IMG/VR virus record: IMGVR_UViG_3300033487_000236
Span: 1 to 30,097 of that record
DNA: 30,097 nucleotides
From: a virus
Taxonomy: Duplodnaviria; Caudoviricetes
Strand: one strand, 5' to 3'
The position numbers were made by a program, and so were the translations under genes. Within the stretch, counting starts at the first letter, position 1; each line of letters starts with the position of its first letter. The notes beneath the pieces were generated by a model. It saw only the letters and a program-made list of their open reading frames with translations. It did no database searches and was not told the origin of the DNA. Positions 1-8,894 of this stretch are shown here, in pieces.

Positions 1-372
1 TGGCTCACCATGGCGAACGCCGGCCATATCGTTTCGAGCGAGGTCCCGGTATTCACCCAGGTCCACAACCTGACAAACCTGGATTCCATCCATGTTTTGA
101 CGAACACGATCCCTCCCCTGGGCCTTACGCTCTCGGTCGCGGACGGGACGATCGTTGTGGATTCTCCTGACGACGCGCCGAGCCCGATCCCCGGACCGGC
201 AAGGTTCTATAAAACAGTCCAGGAAGTTTCGGGCGCTAGAGAAAAGCGCGCGATTCTGGAATATACTGAGGGCATGGATATCAACGTGGAAACGGTGGTA
301 TTGCAGAAGCTCTGGCGAGATCGCCAGGCCGCGGCAACGACCTGGGAGAGGACAATAGTCCATGGCATCTAA
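1..372 (+). CDS. Tail/virion accessory protein, probably the 3' part of a gene starting before the window
   Basis: Frame is open from base 1 (W-L-T-M...). Shares RFYKTVQE and a C-terminal W-x9-W motif with the next gene; lies in the tail module. Confidence 0.55.
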   Translation, partial: WLTMANAGHIVSSEVPVFTQVHNLTNLDSIHVLTNTIPPLGLTLSVADGTIVVDSPDDAPSPIPGPARFYKTVQEVSGAREKRAILEYTEGMDINVETVVLQKLWRDRQAAATTWERTIVHGI

Positions 373-1756
373 GATCTTGAACGGCAGCTTGTCGGGCGGA
401 TTCGCCTACTGGACGAACCCCTGGCTTGGCCTGGCCTATTCCCTTGACGCCGGCCGGGCCAAGGGCCTGTCGAGTCCGACCTCAACCGGCGGGCTCACCT
501 ACAAGATGAAGCAGGATTTCTCGATCAATGAATATGTCGTCGGCGGCCAGATCTGGATCCGGAACGAGTGGAATAACCCGACCGGAGGCGTGTCGAACGG
601 ATCATCGACCCATTCCGTCACCCTGGTCCGGCCCGGCGGGATCCGGAATAACCTTGCGATTAGCGGCCGGGGCCCAGGATCCGGATACGAGTATCAGTTG
701 AACGCTTACGATATCACCTCGCTCATCCAGGATCAGGGGAATTATTCCCTCGAGGTGGAGTTGACTGTCACATCGGCGGCATCCCTGGCCTGGTCACAGA
801 TCTCGAACGATTACGGGAGCTGGTCGAACAGCGGGTTCAGCCTCTATGACTCGAACACCAAGGTCCAGGTTGTGAGCGGCCAACACGATAGTCCGATCGG
901 CGCCACGATCAGCCGGTCCTTCACGGCCGCCGCGCCGAACGGCTCGATCACCGTATGGGCCCAGGGGATCGAGGAGGCGCCAGGTGATTCCATCGCGGAG
1001 TTTTGGGTGGAGCTCATCAAGCCGGATTCCTCGGTTATTACTCTCGCTCACGGGACGAGCTCCGGAGGCGGGTGGTTCAAGGCTTGCGACAACGTGAATA
1101 TCTCGAGTTACCTGGGCCAGGCAGGGACCTACCAGATCAGGCTTTCAGGCGAGGTCACATCGTTCTGGAACGGATCGGAATGGAAAACGGCGGAGATCCA
1201 CTTTGACGATCTCGACCTGGATTACGCCAATTATTCCTACACCCAGGCGGTTGCCTATTTCGACGATATGTTCATCGAGGCACAGCTCCGGTTCTTTAAG
1301 ACAGTCAAGGAGAAGGCCGGCATGGATCCCCGGGGTCCCCTGAAAACCCTCTCTAAGTCCGAGTCTGATATAACCGGGGCGAATGAAGCCTATTCCTGGG
1401 AGATCCACCTCGCCAAGGCGGCCTCGAACGTCGTCGGGATCATCGAACGGCTCGTCAAGAAGGTTTTCAAGACGGTTGCGGACACCTCCGGATCCGACGA
1501 CCTCGGCGTAACCTACCCGACCGATTTCGCCTCCGCTTCAGACGTCACCGGATCGGAGGAGAGCTACTCCTGGATCAAGCGTCACCAGCGGGCCTCGACC
1601 GGGAACGTGACCGGATCGCGGGAGCAGCTTTGGGCCCGGAAGGTTTTCGGCACGATCGCCACGATCTTCAACCTCAGCAAGAGCCCCGCGTCCTGGACGC
1701 CATCGACGCCGGTATCGACCGGCTGGAGAAAATTCAAGGTGTATAGGCCGGAATAA
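362..1756 (+). CDS. Virion/tail protein with two CBM-like (galactose-binding-like jelly-roll) domains and short C-terminal repeats
   Basis: N-terminal ILNGSLSGGFAYW resembles the NGxF...W start of CBM4/9-like domains; two terminal-strand motifs (IHFDDLDL, AYFDDMFI); repeats such as SDITGANE, SDVTGSEE, GNVTGSRE. Confidence 0.6.
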   Translation: MASKILNGSLSGGFAYWTNPWLGLAYSLDAGRAKGLSSPTSTGGLTYKMKQDFSINEYVVGGQIWIRNEWNNPTGGVSNGSSTHSVTLVRPGGIRNNLAISGRGPGSGYEYQLNAYDITSLIQDQGNYSLEVELTVTSAASLAWSQISNDYGSWSNSGFSLYDSNTKVQVVSGQHDSPIGATISRSFTAAAPNGSITVWAQGIEEAPGDSIAEFWVELIKPDSSVITLAHGTSSGGGWFKACDNVNISSYLGQAGTYQIRLSGEVTSFWNGSEWKTAEIHFDDLDLDYANYSYTQAVAYFDDMFIEAQLRFFKTVKEKAGMDPRGPLKTLSKSESDITGANEAYSWEIHLAKAASNVVGIIERLVKKVFKTVADTSGSDDLGVTYPTDFASASDVTGSEESYSWIKRHQRASTGNVTGSREQLWARKVFGTIATIFNLSKSPASWTPSTPVSTGWRKFKVYRPE

Positions 1757-1758
1757 CC

Positions 1759-3312
1759 ATGGAATATCAAGACTTGGGACACATTCTCGGGGTGCAGGGG
1801 ATCAACACCGATTTCCTCGAGGAAAAGCTGCCTAATCCTGATTCTCCGATTTATCTCACAAGCGCGAACAACGTCCTGGTCCGGAACGGGAAGGTGGAGA
1901 AGCTCCGGGGCACGGACTATCTCAATTCGATCAGCACCCAACTTGGGGCCGACAATTACCGGACGATCGTCGGGGCCGCGATCTTCAGGAAGGACGACGG
2001 GACGAAATACATGATGATCGGGACGCCGCTCGACCTCTACTATCTCAAGACAAACGATACCTGGGAAGATATCGGGAATATCTCGGCCGGAGGGAATGAC
2101 TCGGCCATGACCTCGGCCACTCTCCTTGATTCGTTCGTGTTCACCCTGAGCGACTCGGGGATCATCTATTCCTGGGACGGCACCACCTACGGGCCCCTGT
2201 TCACGGCTCCGGATGACGCCAACCGGAAAGCCCGGTATCTTCTCGGGTTCAAGACCTATCTTTTCCTTCTCCGGCCGATCCTCACCGTGGATTCCGTCAC
2301 CACCGAATATCACCGCCGGATTATGTGGTCCTGGCCGGGCCAGATCACCAAATTCGACGACACCGACATTCTGGATATCGACGCCGAGGGCGTCATTATG
2401 GGCGGGAAGCGCCTCGAGGACGCCTGGATCGTCTATCTTGACCGATCGGTTCACCGGGTTTACTGGGCCGGGGAAACCGATATGTTCCTGTCTGAGCCGA
2501 TCTCGGACGGCGCCGGCCTGATCGCCCACAAGAGCCTTTGCGGGAACAAGGACGTTCATTTCTACCTGTCGTCGGACGGGTTCATGCGCCTCTTGCGCGG
2601 GGACGTCCCGCGGCCGGTTTCGGACCGGAAATTCAATAAGCTGGTCCTCGATCAGATCGACCCGGTTTACTACCATCGCGCCGTGGCCCAGTTCTACCCT
2701 CAACTGAATCTCGTTTACCTGGCCTACCCGAAGTCCGGCTCGGCCTATAACGACACCCAGGTTATCTACGATAACGTGGCCGAGGAGCTCGTTTCGATCA
2801 AGGCCCTGCCGGAGAATTACTCGGCCTACGGGGTTTTCGAGAAGGATCTGAGCTCCCTGGCGCCGGATGAGCGCCGGGCCTACGGCCTGAGCTTCATCCC
2901 GATCATGGGCACCAAGGACGGCTATGTGAAGGAGCAGAAAGTTATCGGCTACCAGGATGGGGTGGGGAATTATGAAACCTCCATGGAATTCCCCACCGTG
3001 TTCTGGAAGGATCCCTCGAGGAACAAGCGGTGTATGCAAGTCGATCTGATGATCGAGAAGCTCACGGACGCGCCGATCACCTTCATCCTCTCCCTGGCCA
3101 ATGAGGCCAACGCGAATTGGACGTTTCAATACACGATCTCGGGGACCGGGAACCAGGGCGTCCGGCGCTATGAGTTCAATTACGACGATAGCGGCCTGGG
3201 GGTCGATTGCCTGGGCAAGGAATTCAAGGTCCAGATCAAGGACTCAAACAATCCCTATGGGTGGAAGTTCCACGGGGCCATCTTCCGGGGCTACATCGCG
3301 GGGCAAAAATGA
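1759..3312 (+). CDS. Tail nozzle/stabilisation protein (P22 gp10 / T7 gp12-like, beta-rich)
   Basis: 517 aa with beta-propeller-like repeats (IYSWDG, RIMWS..G, AGLIAHKS, VHFYLSSDGFM); position just upstream of the tailspike. Confidence 0.65.
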   Translation: MEYQDLGHILGVQGINTDFLEEKLPNPDSPIYLTSANNVLVRNGKVEKLRGTDYLNSISTQLGADNYRTIVGAAIFRKDDGTKYMMIGTPLDLYYLKTNDTWEDIGNISAGGNDSAMTSATLLDSFVFTLSDSGIIYSWDGTTYGPLFTAPDDANRKARYLLGFKTYLFLLRPILTVDSVTTEYHRRIMWSWPGQITKFDDTDILDIDAEGVIMGGKRLEDAWIVYLDRSVHRVYWAGETDMFLSEPISDGAGLIAHKSLCGNKDVHFYLSSDGFMRLLRGDVPRPVSDRKFNKLVLDQIDPVYYHRAVAQFYPQLNLVYLAYPKSGSAYNDTQVIYDNVAEELVSIKALPENYSAYGVFEKDLSSLAPDERRAYGLSFIPIMGTKDGYVKEQKVIGYQDGVGNYETSMEFPTVFWKDPSRNKRCMQVDLMIEKLTDAPITFILSLANEANANWTFQYTISGTGNQGVRRYEFNYDDSGLGVDCLGKEFKVQIKDSNNPYGWKFHGAIFRGYIAGQK

Positions 3313-5156
3313 GATACAACTCGAGTTACAGCCGGGAGCGCGTCAAGGACAACGTGATTAACCGGAATATGTTTGCGATCCAGAACGAGCTCACGGCCGT
3401 TTCGAGGGCCATCAACACCTGGCCCTACTACGATATCACGGGAGCCGTCCCTGGGGAGGGCAAAAACGCGGCTCCGTTCATCCAGAGCGCGATCGACGCG
3501 GCCAGTTCCTCCGGCGGAGGCGTCGTCCTTCTCCCTTCCGGATTGTGGTATCTCTCGGAGCTCCTCTATAACTCGACCTACGATTTCTATTATCTCCTCG
3601 AAATGAGGGATAACGTCGTCGTCCTGGGCCTCGAGGGCTCGAGCCTGAAGATCGGCCCGGGCTTTTCGACGCAACTGGCCCCGAAAGCGTTCACTATTTT
3701 CGCCTCGAGCGGCCATGTCACCAATTTCGCTGTTCGCGGGGTGGCCGTCGATTTCAACGGCGCCAATAATCAGGTGTCGGCGGCCGTCACCAAGCCCCAT
3801 CTTCTGATGTGCTTCTACTCGAACGACGGACGGGGGGACGATATCGAGGTGAGCTTCTGCCGCCTGGAGAACAGCGCCGGGTCGAACGTCATTATGTGCT
3901 CGTCCCCGACCGGATCGGCGTCCCAGGTCCTCGGTGAGAATTGGCTGATCGCGCATAACAAGTTCAAGAACAACGGCCTTTACTCCTGGGATCACTCGAC
4001 GATATGGGCCTGGGCCCGCGATGTGAAGATCCTCTACAACGATTTCGACAACGACACCATGCCGACCTACCTGAATATCAAGTGCGCGGCCGAAATGCAC
4101 GGCCGGGACGGGATCTTCAGGGGAAACCATGTCAACCGGCATACGCAAGTCGTCTGGATCGCCCCGAATTTCACCGAGGCCGTCGAAAACGTCCATGTCG
4201 ATCACAATATCGGCCGGGATATCCTGGCTTCCCTGGCGAAGTTCTGGCGTTATGACAACGCTAACCCCGAGAAGGAAACGAACGATATCTATATCGAGGA
4301 TAACGTCGTCGATTTCGTCGATGCGGCCCAGGGCCCGACCGACGCCTATTCAGGGACGGCCGTCCAGATCTACCAGCAGCTCTCCGTCAACGATATCTAC
4401 GTCCGCGGGAACACCTTGCGGAAGAAAACGGGCGGATCATACCTCCACTATGGCGCCAGGATCCTGCCCACCAAGAACGGGGAAGCCTTCACCCGCCTCT
4501 TTTTCGAGGACAACACGATTTGGGGCATGACGATCGGGATCCTCATGGAAACCTATGACGACGGCGTGGTGGACCTGGGATCCATCGGGACGGTGGTGAT
4601 CGACTCGAACAGATTTTACAACCCCAGGCCCCAGGCGACCTACTATCCTAACCCGATCTGCATCCGTGGGCTTTTCCATGCTAGTCTGCCGGCCGGATAT
4701 CTGAAGATCATCAATAACGAATTCGAGGATTTCGAGATCGCGTCGAACGAAGCGATCGGAATCTACCTGACGGGCCCGATAACCATCCTCGAGAGGTCCG
4801 GAAACCGCTTCACAAACATCGACCACCTGGAAATGCTGGACGGCTACACGGCCACGACCATCCGGGGGGACCAGGCTTATTACTCGGACGGCGATTTCGA
4901 CAACAATGAGGTCCTGGTGACGGGGATCACGACCGATTTCTACGGCGAGATCACCGTCCGATGCGCGTCCGCCGTGGCCATGTATCGGGTGGACGGGAGC
5001 GGGACGCTCACGGCGATCTCCGCCAATGCCTCGTTCTATATTGGGGAAGGTCACGCGAGCACGATCAACGTCTATTTCGAGGGCGGCGTGTTCAAGGTCC
5101 AGAATAAATCGGGGATTGACGACCTGATCGTAAAGGTTTTAACGGAGCCGATATAA
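3309..5156 (+). CDS. Tailspike, right-handed parallel beta-helix (pectate-lyase-like depolymerase)
   Basis: GAVPGEGKNAAPFIQSAIDAASSSGGGVVLLPSG is the typical Pectate_lyase_3 N-terminal signature, followed by Asn-ladder repeats (IAHNKF, ILYNDF, IEDNVV, VRGNTL, IINNEF). Start set at ATG 3309 (ATGA overlap with the upstream stop) rather than 3207. Confidence 0.88.
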   Translation: MRYNSSYSRERVKDNVINRNMFAIQNELTAVSRAINTWPYYDITGAVPGEGKNAAPFIQSAIDAASSSGGGVVLLPSGLWYLSELLYNSTYDFYYLLEMRDNVVVLGLEGSSLKIGPGFSTQLAPKAFTIFASSGHVTNFAVRGVAVDFNGANNQVSAAVTKPHLLMCFYSNDGRGDDIEVSFCRLENSAGSNVIMCSSPTGSASQVLGENWLIAHNKFKNNGLYSWDHSTIWAWARDVKILYNDFDNDTMPTYLNIKCAAEMHGRDGIFRGNHVNRHTQVVWIAPNFTEAVENVHVDHNIGRDILASLAKFWRYDNANPEKETNDIYIEDNVVDFVDAAQGPTDAYSGTAVQIYQQLSVNDIYVRGNTLRKKTGGSYLHYGARILPTKNGEAFTRLFFEDNTIWGMTIGILMETYDDGVVDLGSIGTVVIDSNRFYNPRPQATYYPNPICIRGLFHASLPAGYLKIINNEFEDFEIASNEAIGIYLTGPITILERSGNRFTNIDHLEMLDGYTATTIRGDQAYYSDGDFDNNEVLVTGITTDFYGEITVRCASAVAMYRVDGSGTLTAISANASFYIGEGHASTINVYFEGGVFKVQNKSGIDDLIVKVLTEPI

Positions 5157-5656
5157 TGCTATCCCTTTTTATCTCCGAAAAAGAATATAAATGCCGGTGC
5201 TGTGGCGCCTATCCCCCTGATTTCAAGAAGGGGGGGGAATTGAGCATCGAATACATCATGCTTTTCGGATATTTCGACGAGATCCGGACGGCCTACGGCC
5301 GGCCGATCCCGATCTCGAGCGGTTATCGGTGCCCGAATAACGAGCGCCGGCTTTACCTGGAGAATCTCACGGCCAAATATCCTAATCTGGCCACGAACGC
5401 CAAACAACGGGCCGCGGCCGCTTGCGATCCCCTTATCACGCCTTTCAGCGCCCACGTTTTCGGCCTGGCCCTGGATCTGGTCGTCCCCACGGACATGATT
5501 AAAGCTCTCGTCAACGTGATCGAGCAAGAAACCCCGAAGCTCCGGCTCGGGTGGAGGGCATATCTCGATAACTCCGTTCCCCACGTTCACATTGACACGG
5601 CTAATCTGGTCCTGCCGAGATACTCGAAAAATCTCAGGCCGGGAGCGAGGTGGTAA
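5156..5656 (+). CDS. Endolysin, zinc peptidase of family M15 (Peptidase_M15_3-like)
   Basis: EYKCRCCG, ISSGYRCP, SAHVFGLALDL (S-x-H-x6-D) and HVHID motifs. Confidence 0.9.
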   Translation: MLSLFISEKEYKCRCCGAYPPDFKKGGELSIEYIMLFGYFDEIRTAYGRPIPISSGYRCPNNERRLYLENLTAKYPNLATNAKQRAAAACDPLITPFSAHVFGLALDLVVPTDMIKALVNVIEQETPKLRLGWRAYLDNSVPHVHIDTANLVLPRYSKNLRPGARW

Positions 5657-5830
5657 ATGAGCATAACGATCGGCCAGATCCTCGAGATCCTGGATAAAAT
5701 CCTCCGCCTCGAGAAGAAGGCGGCGGCCGTGATCGCCTCGGAAAAGGACATAAGAAAGAGGGAGAAATATGAGAAGGCTTTCAAGAACCGCGATCGTGAC
5801 GCTATCGCTGATCTTTTGTTTGAGCTTTAG
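5657..5830 (+). CDS. 57-aa helical protein in the lysis cassette (not in the ORF track)
   Basis: ATG directly after the endolysin stop with GAGGTG SD; MSITIGQILEILDKILRLEKKAAAVIASEKDIRKREKYEKAFKNRDRDAIADLLFEL; overlaps the lipoprotein gene in Rz/Rz1 fashion. Confidence 0.65.
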   Translation: MSITIGQILEILDKILRLEKKAAAVIASEKDIRKREKYEKAFKNRDRDAIADLLFEL

Positions 5831-6017
5831 CTGTCACCGCGGATATAACCCGGCTTTATACCCGAGTTACGACGTTCTTAATCCCGGCCCGGAGGTCCGC
5901 CTTAATCCCCTGGCGTTCACGGACGATGGGAACCTGATCGTGAACCAAGCCTTTATACTGTGGGTTGAGGAATTGAAGCAGGAAATAATCAGGCTAAGGA
6001 AGGAGATCAGGAAATGA
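5769..6017 (+). CDS. Lipoprotein, putative outer-membrane spanin (Rz1-like)
   Basis: Basic N-terminus, hydrophobic stretch, lipobox-like LSFS-C, Pro-rich segment, then a short coiled coil; follows the endolysin. Confidence 0.65.
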   Translation: MRRLSRTAIVTLSLIFCLSFSCHRGYNPALYPSYDVLNPGPEVRLNPLAFTDDGNLIVNQAFILWVEELKQEIIRLRKEIRK

Positions 6018-6379
6018 ACCCCATCCAACAAATGCCGGATATCACGGCCGGCCTCAAAGAGGGGACCGCCATCCTCATCCTGGCGGGGATCGCCGTGGCG
6101 TTCTACGCCATCGAGAAGTCCATCAAGATCGTGGACGGCTACCGGAAACGGAAAGCGGAACGGGATACTCCGCCGCATAACACGGCCATCTACGATTGCG
6201 TCCAGAGCACCAGGCTCGACACCCAGGAGGACACGATCCACGACCACGACACCAAGATCCAGCTCCTCAATCAATGGTCCAAGGGTTTCGAGGAGAAGTG
6301 GGCATCCATGAAAATGGAGAATAAGGAAGATCACCAACTGATCTTCAAGAAGCTCGATGAGATCAGGAGGCAAGTTTAA
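6014..6379 (+). CDS. Single-TM coiled-coil protein, holin-like or lysis accessory
   Basis: TM AILILAGIAVAFYAI followed by basic RKRK and a heptad-rich C-terminus; last gene of the lysis cassette. Confidence 0.5.
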   Translation: MNPIQQMPDITAGLKEGTAILILAGIAVAFYAIEKSIKIVDGYRKRKAERDTPPHNTAIYDCVQSTRLDTQEDTIHDHDTKIQLLNQWSKGFEEKWASMKMENKEDHQLIFKKLDEIRRQV

Positions 6380-6381
6380 TC

Positions 6382-6876
6382 ATGGCTGGCATCACGCTAC
6401 TCGAAAAGAATTCGGTCCAGGTCAACTACATCATCAACCAGTTCTTCCGGCCGGAGCTCCACCAGAAGTTTTTCGATGACTCCTGGGGGCTCACGGAGCT
6501 CTCGCTTCATTTCTACGATCCCCGGACGGTGATCTACGGGATCATGGAGCAGGGCAAGCCGACGCCGATCGGGATCGTCTATTTCCTGGGGGTCGTTCCC
6601 TACCGGGATTGCACGGTGTCGGCCGTCATTTTCGACGAGAAGAACCGCAACCAGGACAAGCTCACCGGCCTGATCGAGAAGGTCAAAGCCGATTTCACCA
6701 AGAGGTTTTTCCCGCATAGCGTGTCGAGCTACATCATCGGAGAAAACCCGGTTTCTCAGCATATCCTCGAGAAGCTCGGGTTCACCAAGATCGGAGTCCG
6801 GCCCAAGTGGATCTACGCCGGCGGTGATTATAAAGACGTTTCCATGTATTATCTCCTCATGGAAGATAACACATAG
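6382..6876 (+). CDS. GNAT-fold acetyltransferase (RimJ/RimL-like)
   Basis: ENPVSQHILEKLGFTKIG...GGDYKDVSMYYLL matches GNAT motif B; sits before the ejection genes, a common position in podoviruses. Confidence 0.85.
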   Translation: MAGITLLEKNSVQVNYIINQFFRPELHQKFFDDSWGLTELSLHFYDPRTVIYGIMEQGKPTPIGIVYFLGVVPYRDCTVSAVIFDEKNRNQDKLTGLIEKVKADFTKRFFPHSVSSYIIGENPVSQHILEKLGFTKIGVRPKWIYAGGDYKDVSMYYLLMEDNT

Positions 6877-6890
6877 GCTGGAGGTGGAAA

Positions 6891-7424
6891 ATGGGCGCTT
6901 CACAAGACCCGAACATTACGATGGCACCCCTGATGAGCAATCTTCAGAAGCAGGGGCTCGACTCGATGCTCCGAGCGGCCCTGGCTCAGATGCAGGGGAC
7001 GACCTTGGGATCGGCCTATCCCGGGGCAACGAGCTCCGGATACGATCCGAAGGTGTGGGGCATGACGGCCAAGGCACCGGGCTACTCGAACCCGTTCGCC
7101 TCCAGGCCGTCGTCCCAACCCGGGAACAGCGGTCCCGGCGGTGGGAACACGCGAAGCGATCCGGAGGAAACCGGGAACACCGACAAAAAGAGGACGAAAG
7201 AGCCTGGAGGCGGCGGGGGCCGAGGTGGACGCGGTGGGACCAAGGCCGCGACCCTGGGCGCGACCTCTCCGTGGGCCAATATCCTCGCCGGGCTCCAGGC
7301 GCCGACGCAGGGCGCGGCCTACCAGGGGATGCAGGGCCAGCCCTTGCAGTTCTCTAACCTGGCTACGTCCCAGTTTGCGAGGCCCTATAACTATGCCATG
7401 ACGGGCAATTACCCGAAGGCTTGA
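6891..7424 (+). CDS. Putative internal virion/ejection protein 1 (low complexity)
   Basis: GGAGGTGG SD; G/P/Q/A-rich 177 aa with a GGRGGRGG patch; first gene after the GNAT. Confidence 0.55.
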   Translation: MGASQDPNITMAPLMSNLQKQGLDSMLRAALAQMQGTTLGSAYPGATSSGYDPKVWGMTAKAPGYSNPFASRPSSQPGNSGPGGGNTRSDPEETGNTDKKRTKEPGGGGGRGGRGGTKAATLGATSPWANILAGLQAPTQGAAYQGMQGQPLQFSNLATSQFARPYNYAMTGNYPKA

Positions 7425-7434
7425 GGAGGGTCCG

Positions 7435-8886
7435 ATGCTCACGAATCCTTGGAGCAAGACACTCGAAAATTTTGATTGGGGATATGGCGGGGAGGGTCAA
7501 CCGCCCGAGATCTACGGACCGCCTCCCCCGCGGGATCCGAACCTCCCCCCTGGGATCGAGCAAGGGTTCGCCTATTCCGCTCCAGCCGGCGGAGCTCCGG
7601 AGGGGGATATCGGCGGCGGAGGCGGCGTGACGCCGATCGGAGGCGGGGGATCGTCTGGCGTCCCGACCTATGAATGGGATATGCCGAGTCAGCAGCTCTC
7701 CGGATCCTATGCCGCGTTCGATCCCTCGGACGCCCGGGCGGCCAATATCAAGCAACAATGGTGGAGGCAACCCGGAGCCGGTGGATATCCCGGGAACGTC
7801 GTCTGGAACCCCTACTACGGGTGGCAGGACCAGGAAGCCGTCAAGAATTACTACGGGACGCAATCCGGGCCCGTGACCTGGGACCAGTTCACCAAGGCCG
7901 GTTTCCAGAAGCAGACGGATCCCGATTGGTCAAAGTATTACGCCGAGGATCGCTATCGCTCCGGCGGGACCTACACGGATCCGAGCACCGGCTACACCTA
8001 CGCCATCCCGGCGAACGTCTATGGCGGCGGTGAGCCCGACGTAAACCTGGGCGACACCTTCAGAGGAGCAGAGCCGATCGACACGGCCGAACCCGGGGAG
8101 AACCCCGACGTCCCGACTGAGGATATGCTCCGCCGTTTCGGCTACACCGGTCCTATGGGGATCAATCCCTACGAGCAGAGCGCCCTCGATTTCATCACCC
8201 AAATGTCCCAGGGCGGCGGGCCCCTGGCCACGATGCAACCCGGGCAGAATTTCTATAACCAGGTCCTCAGCGGAGCGTTCGCGCCCCAGGGTGACGCCTT
8301 CAGGAGCAGCGTTTACGACGCCACAAAGGCCGGCGCCCTCCAGAACCTCAACGACGCTCAGAAGATGCTGGCCGGGAATTTCGCCAACAAGGGCGGCTAT
8401 TTCGGGGGAGCTCACAGCCTGGCCCAGGCTCAACTCGCTCAGAGATCGCTTAACCCTCTCAACGAGATCCTCGCCAATCTTAACCTTTCCGGTTACAATC
8501 AGGACCTCGCCAATCGCTTCCAGGCCGGATCCGGGCTCGAGTCTATGACCGGCACTCAGCAAAACACGATCTCGAGTATGCTGAATAACATGATGACCGG
8601 GGGGAATCTTCTCACCGGCCGCGAGGGCCAGAACCGGGCGGAATACCAGAACGCGACACAACGGGCCTACCAGGATTGGCTCAGGGCCCGCCAGGAGGGA
8701 ATGACGCCGTTCAATATGGCCATGTCGCTCCTCGACAAACAGCAAAGCCAGCCGATCGTCAGCCAGCCCTCTCAATCTCCCTGGGGCGGCCTCCTGGCCG
8801 GACTCGGGAGCATGGCCGGAAACCTGGCCGTGCCGGGCCTCGGGAGCCTGATGAATATCCCGTCCTACACCGGCAACGCGAAGTGA
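7435..8886 (+). CDS. Putative internal virion/DNA ejection protein 2
   Basis: GAGGAGG SD; Q/A/N/G-rich helical C-half ending SPWGGLLAGLGSMAG, typical of podovirus DNA-transfer proteins. Confidence 0.65.
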   Translation: MLTNPWSKTLENFDWGYGGEGQPPEIYGPPPPRDPNLPPGIEQGFAYSAPAGGAPEGDIGGGGGVTPIGGGGSSGVPTYEWDMPSQQLSGSYAAFDPSDARAANIKQQWWRQPGAGGYPGNVVWNPYYGWQDQEAVKNYYGTQSGPVTWDQFTKAGFQKQTDPDWSKYYAEDRYRSGGTYTDPSTGYTYAIPANVYGGGEPDVNLGDTFRGAEPIDTAEPGENPDVPTEDMLRRFGYTGPMGINPYEQSALDFITQMSQGGGPLATMQPGQNFYNQVLSGAFAPQGDAFRSSVYDATKAGALQNLNDAQKMLAGNFANKGGYFGGAHSLAQAQLAQRSLNPLNEILANLNLSGYNQDLANRFQAGSGLESMTGTQQNTISSMLNNMMTGGNLLTGREGQNRAEYQNATQRAYQDWLRARQEGMTPFNMAMSLLDKQQSQPIVSQPSQSPWGGLLAGLGSMAGNLAVPGLGSLMNIPSYTGNAK

Positions 8887-8894
8887 GGTAGAAA

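Noticed and set aside
3207-3308. N-terminal extension of the tailspike in the ORF track
   Set aside because: Overlaps the upstream gene by about 100 nt; ATG 3309 gives a clean ATGA coupling.
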